The notes beneath the pieces are model-generated. The model was given only the letters and a program-made list of their open reading frames with translations. It was not told where the DNA came from and ran no database searches. Below are positions 26,954 through 42,600 of a DNA stretch of 64,000 nucleotides, piece by piece. The DNA is from Setoptus koraiensis (lineage: Eukaryota > Animalia > Arthropoda), in contig CM106586.1 in the NCBI GenBank assembly GCA_048013815.1, forward strand, positions 62,001 to 126,000, in the 5' to 3' direction. The number at the start of each line of letters is the position of its first letter. Within the stretch, counting starts at the first letter, position 1. A program made the translations under genes and the position numbers.

Positions 26954-29900
26954 AGCACAAAGTTAGCTGGTGGCAATATTAATCAAGACTGTCAATAGTA
27001 GTAGTAACATTATTGCGTAATAATGAAACACAATGTTACACAATGAGAGAACCACGAGAGAACATGTCAAACGTTAAATTTGAGATGAGAACAACATGCA
27101 ATAGGAAGATGTTGTGTCGCACACAAGCCAGACAAGCTAGACGAGACAGCCGAGCCAGCCGAGCCAGATATAGCCAGAAATGGCACAGACGTATATAGAG
27201 AGAATAGATATATATTGTCGGGAAACGAGCGAGCGCAGATATAAGAGAACAGAAACAAACTACGACAACAACAAGACACATAAATAAAGTAATGATGAAA
27301 TCACTAACATATCACACACATTATGTGCAGTCTTCTTTTCAAGTTGTAGCTTCTTCTTCGTCTTGTTTCAGTGCAATCCAGCGAGACCAAGCTAGTGAGA
27401 CTAAGCTAGTGAGACCAAGTCTAACTAGATACTGGTGATACCAGCGATACTAGTGTGCGCTTGTGTGACAAATGGCTGTTGAGCAGCAGCGCAATAACAG
27501 AACAACAGTCTGTTGTCGTTGTTGTTTGTGGCGCTGCTCACTTCAATAGCTACACACACACTGCTGACGACAAACGGGGAGCCTCATTTGCGCCATTGCA
27601 ACCATTAGAAGCATCGAAGCAATTGGGGCCTCCGTGGCACCGATAAAACAGCGCCAAAAACCAAGCAACTGGCTCAACGTTGCCTAAGGTTAGATTGGTG
27701 AGGCGTCAGATGAGAGTTTGCTTTGTTGCAGTGTCTGGCAAGACACACGCATTGTCCAATTGTCGTTTGCCGGCTATTCGTTCGTGGCGCTGCGTCTGCA
27801 AACATCGAGTCGGAGATAGAACAAAAGTCAAAACTGGCCTCTCCGTCTGGCTATTGCATGTATAAATAATACTGCTGCGACTTGCCGATGCCGCACAATC
27901 TTGCAACGACAAAACAAGAACCGATTCGGGCCCACTTTTGAGCGCCAAAATTTCAAACGTTGCGTGTTGTGCGTATGAATTCAATAATGATGATTTCGAT
28001 TTTGCAACAAAAACAGCAGCAGCAACAACAACAACGACAACAACAACAGCAAATCAAATAATCACGACTGTTGAGAGAAGCGACCTATACTGACAAGACT
28101 GTGCGATGGTGAGATGACTGCTCAACGTAGACAGTGTCTGAGGTTGGCCGCACTGGGGCGCCGACACAAGCGTGGGCTTGGCATCATTATGTCGCTCGGC
28201 AAGCTTTATTGTGATATTGTGAGCCTATGTTACTGTATCATATGTTACAGTGCTTGTGTGTTGTGTGACAGAAGCAAAAGTTAAAGTTGCTGAGACAACA
28301 AACAAGACGCTCGCTGCCATTATTATAGGCGACTGTTCTCGCATTCTGAGCTTGCCTTCGAACGTTCGCAGCCTGCCTGCCAGCCATCCAAGCAGCTTGA
28401 CAGCTCGACAGCTCGACAGCTTGATGAGTGGAGAATCGGGGATAGTCGAATGGTTAGCTGAGTTTGCAAGCGCGTCGGGCGAGCAGGGGGCATCGTGAGC
28501 CAAACACAATCTGTCTGATCAATGTTATCTAATGGCTAATGCACCCGTGATAGCGAACAACCAGCCACGACTAGATGAGATGCACAGTCAGATGAGATGA
28601 GTTTTAACGTAAAAACGAGTGAAAAAAAAGAGAAAAAACTCAACATAACCAACGATCTGGCTGCACTATGTACCATTGCTCAGCATGTATTTGCTCATTC
28701 ACATTCATGTAGTGCTGCCATGGCCACTAGGTAAACAAACCAATATGAAAACAATAATGATAATGATAATCTATTTATGGTGCTGCTGATTTTAGCCAGC
28801 GAGCCGTCGCGCCACCTAGCCGGTCAGTGAGCTAATCGGGCCGGCGGCGCGCGAGTCCACATCACGAGACCACCGAAATGAAAATAAGCTCGTGCTTGCG
28901 CAATACCGATTTTGAATGATAATGTGAATAATTTAATTTATTTGTTTGTCTCTGTGTGTGTGTGCGTCATCGCCGACCAAGCGAGCATTCGGTCGCCAGC
29001 CGGTCAGTCGGTCGGTCAGTCGGTCGGCCAGTCGGTCGGCCAGTCGGTCGGCCAGTCGGTCGGCCAGTCGGTCAGGCAGCCAGTGAGCCGGCCAGTGAGC
29101 CGGCCAGTGAGCAATGGGCAAGCTGGCAGTGCCCAGAGCGGACACAATTTGCCCGAAAGCATTTGAATACGATATTATTACGTAACGTTATATTACTGCA
29201 GTTATGTGTCATTATGTGAGCGTTAAGTGATGAAAAGTCTTTTGCAGCGAGCAACGGCAAGTAACAGCAAGTCAACAGCATGATGTGATACTAAAAATCA
29301 CTTGGCCTCTCTACTTACTCTTGCCCGCTTCCAGAGCTAAAAGCAAAAAGATGAGTGCGAGCTCGCTCTTTTGGGGTTCTTTTCCTTGTCGTCAAACTAA
29401 CCGGCGTCGCGTGGGCCTTCAGTTCACCTTGAGCCCGGCATATGTGTTAGTATAGTGTGGCCAATGTGGCCCATTTATATGACATGGTATGGTATAGTAT
29501 AGTACAGCATAGTGGCCACTAGATGGACGGACTGGTTAGTGTTAGTCTTACTTTCTTGTGTGTGTGTGTGTGTCGCCTAGTCTCGGCCCGAAGGCCCGAT
29601 AAAACGCAACCTACGGCTGTGCTTGTTTGTCTAGTGGGCCCCAGTAGCCCCAAATCTGTGCCGACGCCAGAGTAAATATTTGATGACATGTCGTCGTCAT
29701 GCTCGTTGTTTTATATCCACAGACAACACACAACACACGCACACGCACACGCTAGCTACTGTTTGGGGTGGCTGTTTGGCGGTGTTGCCGAAAAAACGAA
29801 AGAGCGCCCAAGTTGCGCAAGCCCCATACCGCACCGTGCAGAGAATATCCGCGAGCTGGGGCAACTTTTATAGGGCCAGTTGTTTGTTTGTTTGTTTGTT

Positions 29901-32900
29901 TTGTCACTTTTGGTGCTTGCTGTTTGTTGCACAAGCGGCTGCTCGTTTTGGCCTGACCATTGGCCAAAACATGCACCACCGTTGCTCGTCAACAGCAAAA
30001 ACAATCTTGCTGTTGTTGTTGTTGTTGTTGTAGCTTTTTATCGGCGCTCGCTCTAATGCGACTCACACTGTCAGTGGAGTGTGAGTAGTATACTTGAACA
30101 GTATAGTTAAGAACAGTATAGTTAAGAACAGTATAGTTAAGAATAGTATAGTGTGGCCACTAAGAGCAAGCGAGCCGGTGACACAAACGACAATGATGGA
30201 CCAAATGAAGCGTTAATTAGTGTGACAGTCGATGGGCTACTAATTTATTCCTGTTGCTCGCTCGTATCACTCATTGAAACTCGTGCTCGCTGTCTCACAA
30301 TTTGCAATGTGCATACTATGCGGTCAACAGACACTCCCGATCCAACTGTTAGTGTGCTCACAATGCCATCCAAAAGCAAATAGTCGCTGTCCGAGCTACC
30401 TTAGCTGGCTGCAATATGTGCCAGCTATAAAATAAATCTCTCGCAAAACTTGTGCTCGCTTGCAATGCCACGGGCCCCATTTCCGATCTGCTGGACATGA
30501 GCGTCAGCTGTGCATCAGTGAGTGATCAGTGATCACTGTCAACCAATGGGCATGCAAACCATTGATGACACACTCATAATCACGAGTGCTGCTTCAATTT
30601 GCAGTTGCACACCATACAACATACAACATACAACATACAACACACAACAGATAATGTACGATATACAATATATAATATATAATATATAATGGTCATACAA
30701 AACTATTAAAAAATCTATGCTCCACTGAGTTTGCTCCCCCGACCGAGCGGCTGGTCACAGATACGCACACAGTCCATTCATGATGGCCAATGGGCACATC
30801 AATAATGATGCAATCTCATTTGCCCTAATAAGCTGTGCCAACTGTGTTGTGAGACACACTGACAGATCAAATCAACTTTCGTTTGTGTCGCCTGTATCTA
30901 ATTTGTAAGTTGTACCGGCTTCATATTGGTCATTAATTAATAAATGTCATATGTAAATTTAAGTCTTATTGACTCATCATCGTCAGCAACTGTAAGTGAT
31001 GCCAATTGACAATTGTGAGCTCGCCAGTCTAGTTAGAGCTGTCACAGCTGAGCGACAAAGAATCAAGTGACAGCAGTGATTGTCAACACAAACTGACAAA
31101 TACACACCAACACACTGCCATTAATTGAGTCCACTTCAATGACATGCCACCATGACATTGGCCTATTCATTATTATTGTCACATGATACACATAGCTAAT
31201 ATAGATACACAGTGTCAATTGCATCTCGTTTGGTACATGACATATCAACAGATGCCATCTCATCGTTGAGCTGCCTATGACAAGCAAACCTGTTTAACTG
31301 GGCCAGTGTTACACTGTTCACTAGTGTTACCATTTAGCATGGTCACTATGGTCGCCTATCCATGTTTTTGCTCGCTGTACGGCGCTAGATAATGGTCGTA
31401 ATTGTGCCACTAGCCAAGTGTCGACTGGCTAATCAGTCGACAACGACGACCAATTTCCATACGATTAAACGGTATTTCACAATGTTAGTAAGTTCATTGT
31501 TAGCCAGTGCACTAATTAGTTGAGCCGATAGATTTGTCTGTGGACGCCCGTTGACAATATTGGCACAATTACTGGCGCGTGAACGCGTCTGTTGCTGGCG
31601 TTGTTGTTGGCGTTGTTGTTGCTGTTGTTGCTGTTGTGCCTAGTCGGTTTGTCCGCTCGCCGTAATATCACTATGATGCAATTGGCAAGCATTCGCTTCA
31701 ATGACGACACTGCAACAAATCAACTGCTGCTAGCGACTGTTTGCTTCATTGGCTCGCTCTCGTTTCTTTCTTTTCACTTCATTTTGCTTCCTTTGCAATC
31801 TCACTCTTTCCACATTATCTGTCGCTTGTTCGGGCCGCGCGCTTTCCCGGCCGCCTGACGATTGCTAACAATTTGACGATTGCTAACAATTGCTCGCCTG
31901 ATGCCCACATAATGACATAATACGATATTTCGTGCGATGCCAGTATTATTATCATTATGATTGTGCGTTGCATCATGCACCCTTGTGATCCGGTTAAAGT
32001 GGATCAAAGTTGCTGTTTGAGAGAGCGACAGAGGCGTGCCGATCGCGGCCATCGCGGGGATGAATTGGTGCAGAAAAGAGCAAACAATGGTGACATTGAT
32101 GACGTTCGTTGTTGATGGCTTTCCATAGAGCACACACACACTTGAAAAGTTAATCCCCGTTAATGCGCCAAATTCGTGTGTCTATCGTGCATCGGTGAAC
32201 GGTACTGAACGGGCCAAAACCCGATGAGTACCCAGTACCCCGAAGCCCGCAGTATATCACTCCAGGGTGCAGGCTGTCACTTACCTCGGGCACTGCTCAA
32301 CGAAACTCGCAGCTCAACAATGCTCATAGCTCAGCAGTACCCATTGCCCAACAATGCTCACACTCGAGAGATAGATGAGTTTGTTTTGATTGAATGCTGT
32401 CGGTTGGCTCATTTGCTGCGTCAGTGGGCCCTTGTTGCGATCAACTGGACGGCAAGAATTGTTCAAGTTTCTTCACTCGTTCGCTCGCTCACTCGTTCAG
32501 TCAGCAGTCAGCAGCCAGCAAGCAGCGACTAGCCGTTTTGTCAGCTCGACGCTGCATTCGATAAAATAAAAATTGGTCAACTTTTCACTGGCAAACGACA
32601 GATTCACCGACAGATCAAGGCCAGAAACAGCTGATGATGTACCAATGACATAGCAATCGATATCGAGATATACCAACTATACAAAATACTGACAATCGGA
32701 CACGCACGCAGCGCGCACAACTGGCGCCAATTGCGTAACAAATGAGTGCACCTTTGCTCTCATTACTGCTATCATTGGTATTATTTTTATTTTTATTTTC
32801 ATTGTGACACAACAACAATAATGAGGCAGACATATTATCCATTTCCTGGTGTCATATTGCGCCGCTTGTTTAACTGTCATTGGTTGTTGCAACGACAGCC

Positions 32901-35900
32901 AGTCGGCGTGTCGGCTGTCGTTGGTTATGCGTGTCATGCGGTCATGTTGCAACTATGCGTTGGCTTCTTTTTTCTCTGCTGGCCTCTCTGTGTCTCTGTT
33001 GTGTGTATTGACTCCAACGCAAGCACCATTGTCCGTTCCAACGGCAAACAACTTCGTATCCAACTGTGAGCACATCTCTCTTTTATGCCTTTTACACACA
33101 CACACACACATTTTGAGTGGCGCATTTGTGAGCCACCTAAAATAATTGCCAATGACTGACTGAACCAATGAATGAATGAACGAGTGAGCGAACGAGTGAA
33201 TGAATAACGAACAGAACGAACAGAACGAACTGAACGAACTGAACTAACTGAACGAACAGAACGAACAGAACGAATATGCGAATAACGAACAAATGATGCA
33301 ATGAGTATCATTGCGTCATCCCTAGTGACCTCACGCAAGCAAACAAATCAATTTGTCACACGCTGCCCGTTTGTGTGTCTTGTGTGCTCATTTGTCAGTG
33401 TTTGTCGTTTGTGTGTCACGCGCTGTGAGAATAAAAGATTACCTGAGAAGATAAGATGTAGGCACTGTCATACACACGCTTATCGCTTATTTAGCCATGG
33501 CCAGGTATTGTTGTTGTGAGCTTGAGGTGTTTATGCACACAATCATATGGCACACAATCATGTGGCACACAGTCCAATGGCACACAGTCCAATGGCACAC
33601 AGTCGAATGGCACGCGGGCGTGTAGCAATGGGCCCCCAATTTGGCCAGTTATTTGCCGGTGCCAATGGCGAGCAGCCGCACAAATAAGCGCAGGGGGCCG
33701 GTTTATCGCGTGCCTCGCAACCATCACTGGCCATCATGATCGGCTCTGGTGACGGGCGACATTGGGCGCTCTCTATCGGCCCATGGGCCTGTGAGACTAT
33801 TAGCCGTTGCTTGTTGTTGTCCGTCGGTTGTTGTCCGTCGGTTGTTGTCCGTCGGTTGTTGTCCGTCGGTTGTTGTGTATCGGTTGTTGTAGTTTATTGT
33901 GTCGTGCCAGAGTCATGCTCCAACTGCCACCGCTACACACCACGTAATAAGCATGTGATACGTAATAATAATAATAATAAAACCAGAGATGAGAGCGGCG
34001 ATATCTTCATTAGGAGTCAACTTTGCTCCAATTTCGCAAAGTCGCTTCGGTGGCCGCCTCTAATCTAGTCCGGTGTGTGTGTGTGCGTGTGCGTGTAATT
34101 GATTGATCATCATCATCAAGTCGCGCTGCTAATGTTCACTTTTTTCTCAATTCTTTGCGCTACTTTGATACACATCACTTTGATTGATGGGGGCGCCCTC
34201 CATCGCCAAACATATAGGTTTGGCACATGCACATTGCGCAGTTGTTGCTGTTGCTGTTGAATTTGCGCCGCCAATTGGCTTCTCCAGATAACACTGGATA
34301 CTCCAAATAACACTGCCTACTCTAGATACGCTAGGTCGCTCTACATACTCGCTGCATAGCGCCAGATGAGCTGCATATTCATTTTGGACTTATTTTCGCG
34401 CCCCCGTAGCCTCACAAGTTGTCAGTGTGAGCCTGTTGTTTCTGTTTGCACGCACATCAGCAGCATGTTGATACTGCTTAAAAATGGCTCAACGACACAC
34501 TGAAATTATCTTTGATTGATTGCATCATGCTACGACAATGACTTGTTGGCTGCTTGTTGTGTCATACGCGCCAGACAACGTTGAAATGTTGCAAAGAGCA
34601 CACACACACACACACACTATCATCACACTACTATCAGCACACCCTTAGCTGCTTGATAATCTTGCGCAACAGCAACCTGAATAACCACAACAACACCACC
34701 AACAACAACGGCAACAACAACAGACACAAACACGTAACAAGTAAGACATAACGGAGTGCGTAACAGTTGCAACGTGCAATTGTTACGCAATTGTTTTGGC
34801 TCCAATGATGGCGCTTCGGGGGATGCGCCCATCTATCATGTCGCAACTGTTTGTTTTGTGTGTGCCCCCCCCCCCACCCCGGACACACAAACAAATATGC
34901 ATATAGCACACAGCTTATAACATATATGCATTGCGTCACCAACCAACCCAACACACCAACCGGATTCATTGTGCTCAGGCGCTAAATTCAAAATCGCTCG
35001 TCTTGGTTGTTGGAGCGTTGTTGAATTGATAGACGACCATGACGACGGATTGGCCCATCTATCATCCATGCCCGTTGCTAGATAACGTGTTGCCAGTTGT
35101 GAGTCAGTTAGGTCCACTGTCACTTCTTCCACATTTCTGTGCCGTTTGTCCACAAACGAGCATATTTTGTGCAGTTTTGTGCTTACTCAATATCAGACAC
35201 TGTACATTGAATGGGAAATTACTATTATTAATATTGCGCGTGCATACCAGCGTGCGTACCAGGAACGTACAGATTTGTGCGTGTGCACAGAAAGTTTAAA
35301 GAAGTGATATGAGTATGGCCAGTATGGGATACAACAACTGGACATTTGACTAGAGCCAGAACTAGAGCAAGCGACAGACAGACGTCTCTCGTCAAGCGGA
35401 AGTTGTCAAACAGTGATCAATGAGGAGAGATATCAAATTTGCTACTCACACAACGTGCTTGTCATTGTCATTGTTGTTGCCGTTGTTGTTGCCGTTGTTG
35501 TTGCTGTTGCTGTTATGATATATACCGGTGATATGGTCATGTGACAATCATATCATATCATGCCGCATGATATGATATGATATGGCCATTCGTGTGCGTT
35601 CGATACGCAGCAATGGTGACGCTGCTCACGCCCCAATTTTCCACCACTGACCACTACGATGCCCAGTGTCTGGCACCAATTGAGTTTGACCATTGCAAAT
35701 GTTTGTTGGCCCGTGTTGGCCGACAAAAGGATAGAGAGCCCACTCTGGTTACAACCGCGGCTCGCCAAACAACCACCAATGAATCTAGTGGCGCAAGTGG
35801 CGCCATCGCTGAACAAATCAGGGCTGTCATACCGCATACTCACAGTTGTTCCATTGTCAAGTTTACAGTTATGCAATTTGAATTCATTGGGTTGCGCTTG

Positions 35901-36623
35901 GTTGGAGGGCTACAATTTAGCGCGACTCAACTTGAGTCACTACTAATACAACTTGCGTAATACACAGTTCGTCAAGTTTGGCTCACTCGAAACTTATAAT
36001 CAATCTTATACATTGTATATATGCTAAGTCTGTTGCTGATGTTGCCATATGTTCAATGCGTAACGGTTACATAATGCACGCCCACACTCACACAAGCACG
36101 CGCAAGTATCCGCACAAATAGTGGTATCTAGCTAGCTAGCACAACGAGTATTTGTGCGAGCAGACGATAGATGAGAGATTTGTGAGCAGTAGTAATAATA
36201 GCTCACCTATAATCAGTGGGTGATGTTGTGATAGAACAGTGCGTAATTAATTTAAATATTACTCTACACGGAAACATGAATGTTTTGCATAAACAGTCGA
36301 CAGTTGTTGTTAGTGGTGCTTTCATGGCCAGCAGCGACCATGGTTGTGGCCAGTTCCAACAGCAACTGCAGTCGATGCAATTATGTCAATTATGTCAATT
36401 GTTGTGTGTGCGTTATTGTTTCTCCTTTTACCGTCATGATGAGTTGAGCATGAGTGTTGGTGTTAGTGTTGTGCTCGTCATACAAATAGTAGGTGCCAAT
36501 AGTTACATCATGTCATCATACAAATTCACGACCATTCGCAAATAATTCAATTGATTGACACTACGCACACTCGTTGCGCGCTTGTCACTTCACCTGTCCA
36601 TTATAGACAACACTGACATCAGC

Positions 36624-36676
<53 letters not shown>

Positions 36677-39600
36677 ATATCAGCTGTCTGTCTTTACAGT
36701 TTGCTGTTGTAGCCTACAAGTTGTAGGCGTTGTCACACAGGTGCTTGCCGTTGAACCTATATACAGATGTATCGATTGAATTTTGCACAGAGTTGCTTAG
36801 ACTGCTAGCTGTGCAAACTGTCAATCATGGAACAGAGGCCGGCACAGGGGGATTTGGTGTGATTTGATGGCAAAGAACGGCGAGCAAGCCAGAGCAAAGA
36901 ATGTTGCCGCTCAAATTAGCGGCCTTGTTGTTGTGCCGCTCGCTATGTGAGTGTGTGCGTGTGTGTGTCGAGAATGTGTTTTGCACGAGCAAAAGAATTG
37001 AAAGACAGAATTGGACACATCGGACACGTGGCGGGCGCGACTTGAAGTCGGTGTTTGCTCACTTTGTTTTCACATTAGCACGTGGCGCCCGGTTCACTAT
37101 ATACATGCAAATCACGCGCAATGTCCATTTGGAGAGTTGTCACTCTCTTTGTGTGTGTGTGTGTGCGTGTGTGTGCCTCGTAGAGTTGCAGTAATACGGT
37201 TATACGGTTGTACGGTTATTCTGTTATATGGTTGCGCAATGCTGGCCGGCAGTGTTTGAATTGTTACAACAACAGTCAAAGGTAAACACGGCGACGTTCA
37301 TTTGTCGTCGCTATTTGCTGACCAGTTTAGATTTAGAATTGCGCAACTGGACGCCCGTTGGCCAGCAGTTGGCAGAGGTTGACAATTGTTGGTTCGTTTG
37401 ATTCGTTTCGTGTTGAACACTCTCGACATACTCACTCCACTCCACTCACACAATGAACAGCAACAGCAACAACAACGACAACAACAACAACTCTTATCTT
37501 AACTCAACTCTAAGTCTCAAGTCTCGACATGATTGAATTAGCGACTCTGTTACGTCACACACACACACACACACACACAATAAGAACCGATAAAGACACA
37601 CGCACACACAGATTGAAACAAATAACAACAACGAGAGCGGACAGAATTAATTCGCTCTCGTTGTGCCCAATCGACATCTAGTGAGAGTGGACAACACGCC
37701 AAACAGAATTCCCATCCTATCGAGCATCATACGCGCCACACAATTCCGAGTTGGAACCGTGTGCTCGAACTGGCAATTCGAAGCGCCAATTCCAACTGGC
37801 AACACAACTGCCAATCGGCATACGTGCAGCACGTGACGCCAGAGCTGGCCGGCAATTCATGACTGGCAATGATAAACTCATTCCATTACCTGATTTTGTT
37901 TTATTTTACTTTATTTCATTTCGTTTCATTTCGTTTCATTTTATTTGGGGCTCGCTCACTGGTTGGTCTCACTGGTGACTGGCGACCAGCGACTAGCGAC
38001 CAGCGACCAGCGAGCACAACTGGCCAGTTGTAACGCAAAACTCACTGTGTGGCCAGTGAGAGCGGCTACAAATTTTATCCCGTCGAGTTGGGCACAAACA
38101 CTGTCAATGCAATCCAATTTGGCTCCGCTTTGATACTTATCAGTTCCGATTGCACGCTGCCGGCCCACAACAAACTCAATTATTTGCCTACCTGGTCGCC
38201 TGGCCAATCTCATTTAATTTGAAATTGAGAGGCCCTTTCTGTTTGACCTCACTCCTTCATTTGGTTACATTATTATTATTACTATTACCGTTATTACTAT
38301 TATTATTAATACTATTATTGCAGCCACGTGAACTTATTCAGTGCGCAGCTCCATTAATAGTCTATTATTGGCCAATGTTCACTGCCATATGCTTATTATA
38401 TTATCAACCGAGAGCCAGCTAGACACGGTGCGCCTCACAAGAGATTAGAATAAGTGTGTGATCTGTTTCTCGAGCGGGCCTCACCATTTGGGTGCTGGCT
38501 GTCGACGGACGGTGCATCAATTGTGAGCAAACGCTCATCTGGCCACAGATTGAGGCCAGATAACACAACACTGACATAGGCAACGCAGGCTTGTTCTCAA
38601 TCAATTATTTGAATCCACTTACAATTTGTTGGTCTCTTCTCTTTTGCATCCACGATAACAATAAATCACCTTAAATAAATCTAATCTCGATCTAAACTCA
38701 ATCTGAATTATATTCAATCTTGTTTTGCGCATCTCGTTCCAGTTAACCAGTTAAATTGCAGCTTTCAATGTCTTCAACTTTATCTCAAACTTAAATTAAT
38801 AACAAATGATCCAATTTTGCTCACCTCCCCCATACCCTTACGATACCCCGACTCTTATACCCAACCTATGCTATTGGATTGGATTCCTTTGGATTGGATT
38901 GGATTGGATGGCAATTACAGGATGGACGCCAGTTGAGTTTGGCCTCAATGCGCGCCGTGCCCCTGGTAGCCACAAGTCCCATCAGACACGAGGAGGCGTC
39001 GCCCGGTTACGTGATGGGCGTGCCCTGTGCCGAGGGTACGCAAATTCCCACGCCCAATGGACAACAGCCAACGGTATTGGGCGCGGGTAGTAACGGTGGT
39101 AGCAGCAGTAGCGCCAATTCAATAATTCAACAAAGAATACCCAACGGTGCTGGCGGATCTAACAACGGCAACCCACTGCAACAACAACAACAACAGCAAC
39201 AACAGCAGCAACAACAGCAGCAACAACAGCAGGCAATGGACATTCAGAGCTATCAACCGCCATGGAGTTCATTGATAGATTATGCCCACCAACAGCCTAC
39301 ACCAGATTCTATTGATACGAACAGTCCCAGATACCAACAGCTGATGAGTCAGGTTAGTGGATAGTTGATAGTTTATAGTTTTGGTTGCTCACAGGTTGCT
39401 GTTAGTTGAGTTGCCAATGTCGCATTGTGCAGCACAGGCGAGCTTGATTGTAGCACAGGTGAGACGGATTGTAGCGCACAGGTGAGGCGCAGTGAATGAG
39501 TGGAGTGGACAAGTGTTTGTTGTTTGGAGAGATTTTATAATTGCGAGCACACGAATAATTGCTGCTCTTGTTGTCATGACAGCAGCGGCATCAGCTCGCC

Positions 39601-42600
39601 ATCAGCTGATTAGCCATGATTAGCGAGTTGTCCAGTGCCAATGTCACAGGCAACGTTTGTGTGGCTGTGACAAACGAGACTGTGAGTTTATACTGACGAG
39701 ACACACTCTGCTTGCGATGCCAGCCTGCGATAATCATGATTCAACAGCTGATTAGCTGCCAGTTAGTCGTTGCAAGCCAAATGAGATATCATGCCGACGC
39801 TATCAAGCTCATGGATCTTATCGCGAATTGAGCAGGATCAAGCAAGTCACATCGGTTGTCTCTGTCGCAATGTCGCAGTCACTTGTCGCTGGCTTCTCGG
39901 CCGCTTCTCGGCCGCTTCTTGGCCGCTTCTTGGCCGCTTCTTTCTGGCCGCTTCTTTCTGGCCGCTTGCATCAGCTGAGCAGCAAGTAACGGCAGCGAAC
40001 AAATGCGCCACAACAAATCATATAAATTCTGACTCGATTGAGCGACTCGCCACTCGATTGACTTGGCGCCAACTATCAGTTTATGGCCGGCGTGCTGCTG
40101 ATGCGGCCCGCTGATACCGCACTGTCCGCGCTGGCCACTCTCAACTGCCGCCAGTTGAAATCGCCAGTCAATGTGGCCAAAGCAGCAGCCAGCAATTCTG
40201 TTCTTGCCTTTGCCACAGACACACACACACACACACCAATCGCCGAGATTGTTTCTGTTTCTCGGCGCAAATGAGTGTGCACAGGTGAGTGTGCCAATGG
40301 CAGTTGCAGCTAGCAGATAATAACAACTATTGATGGCCAGTGCGTAACCTGGCATCTTACAAATTGATGCTAGTTTGTGTGTAATCAGTGCGCACAAATC
40401 ACTGGCCACTGGCGATCGGTATTCGTTGCCGGAGACAGCGCACCGACAAGCGATACAACATGCGCGACACACGATCAATTGGATTGAATCAATTCATTAG
40501 TGCAATGATTGCAAACAACTGATAACTAACGCCTATAGTGACAGTGAATCAAATCCAAATTCAATTTATGCCGCTGTCGTGCTGATTGGCCAAATATTCA
40601 TGATTGAATATCCGCGCTCGAATGAGCCCAATTTGTCACAAGTTGGTCTGGCGGAACTGCATCCAAAGCAAACCTTAAGTTACCTGTGACACGGCCATTA
40701 CTGTATAACTTATAATTTATAAGTGATAAAGCGACCAGAAATGCACCTGTTCGGACATGAGAGACACAGTGCATGAATTGAAGGCATTCATGAATGGCAC
40801 CAACAGTTAACAGTGTGTGATGTAGCACAAACGGACGTCACACAGCTCACCTGTCATGTTAGCTGTCACAATGTGTTGTGTTTATCGCCAAATGTGAGCC
40901 CTGCGAATGGCGCCTAGACAGGCCAGCAGATTTTACAGGTGACTTGAGCTTGCTAGCTTGTCAGTGGATGGTCGCTGGATGGTCGCTAGAGGCACGAGCC
41001 AAGAGAGGCAGCCATAAGAAAGGAAAAGTGTCTTGCTTGTTTGTTTATTTGGTTGGTTGTTGATGGTGCTGGTGCCGTCTAATGTCTGACATTGCTACCA
41101 ATGCCGACACTTACACTGGCACTAATGGCTCGGTGGCGGTGGCACCCAAGTGTCGCCTTCAGTGGTCTGTCTCGTTTGTCTCGTCGACTGGCCAGCCTCG
41201 ACTGACCAGCAAAAGACTGACCAGCAAAAGACTGACCAGCAAAAGACTGGCAAAAGTTGACGCGAGCCGTGACCATTATGATGGGCATCATGACGACTGT
41301 GATATAACTGTGATGATGTAATTTAGTTAGCGCGCGACACCGGTTATTATCTGTTTATTTATTGCTATCGCCAGTAGTGTGTGTGATCTCGGCAACCATG
41401 ATCCAGATTTAGATATAGATTGCGCCACAGTGATTGTGCTATCGGCGCATTCGATCGCTGTGTCAGACAGACAGAAGCATGTGTGAGGGGCACAGAGAAG
41501 AAATTCAATTTCTTCTCTGTGCTCTTCTCAGATTTATCAGATTTCTCAGATTTCAATGCAACTTGTCAGTTTCACGCAACAAACAAGTCAGCTCATCACG
41601 CAGTATCTATCATAGAGACTCTATGCTGCCAAAGGCATCTCGCATCAAGCTCACATATGCCCACATATGCCCACATAGACGCACATCGACGCAGATTTTA
41701 TGTGGGTGCAATATAGGCCAATCATTAGCGATGTTGGGCTGCTTTTTATGAACTGACCAACTGGCAGCTGATTAATAGCTATGCAGAGTTATCTTTGTTT
41801 GAGATCGCATAATTTAGCTCTTGTTGTTGTTGGTGTCGTCGCTGGTGCGGACGCTGTTGTTGTTGAGCCGTCTTAGCCTTTTTGGTCTCGGCCCTTTATG
41901 AATTATCGTCCAGTTGGCGCCAACTACAACATTAGCGACCATATGATGCGCTTGTACATCATGATATACGTATATGTTGTTGCGTGCCACCACCGCCGAC
42001 AGCGGCACCGACATCAACAACCACAACGGCATACGCAAGCAGGCACAAGCAAATGTCACCAATGTCCAGTGTTTGCTGGCTCGCTTGTCGCCGGTTTGTT
42101 ACAGCGTCGCAGCAATAAAGCGGATAATTCAGTAATGAGCAGACCAAGTAGTAAATTGAATTTGCATGTGTGCCAGCGAACACCATAAACGCCAGTGTAT
42201 TCATCGCGCGTCGCTCGCTCGTTCTCTCATCTCATCTCATCTCATCTCATCTCATCTCATCTCAGCGCACGGCAATTCACAGCGAGCGAGAGAGAGAGTT
42301 TTCAAATTCACAGATTCCACCAGACTCCAACAAATCTGAACAGATCCGCACAGATCGGCATAGATCCGCACAGATCGGCATAGATCCGCACACACCCGAG
42401 CCGATCTGAACCGATCCGAAGTGATCCGAAGTGATCCGAAGTGATGCGAGTCAGTGCTACCATTGGCAGTTGCAATTGGAAGGCAAGAATCAAAATCTCA
42501 TCTCATGTGATATTATCTAATAGTATCAAGGCATATAATCTGGTAATTTGTCTAGTCTTAATGCGACGGCTTTTTTGCTATGCTGTGCTCTTCTTTTTGT

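Noticed and set aside
29005-33890. Tandem arrays considered as CRISPR
   Set aside because: No unique spacers, units too short, eukaryotic context, no cas genes
39879-40478. 199-aa minus-strand ORF
   Set aside because: No domain recognised, ends in the GGCCGCTTCT repeat, lies in LIM-HD intron 4
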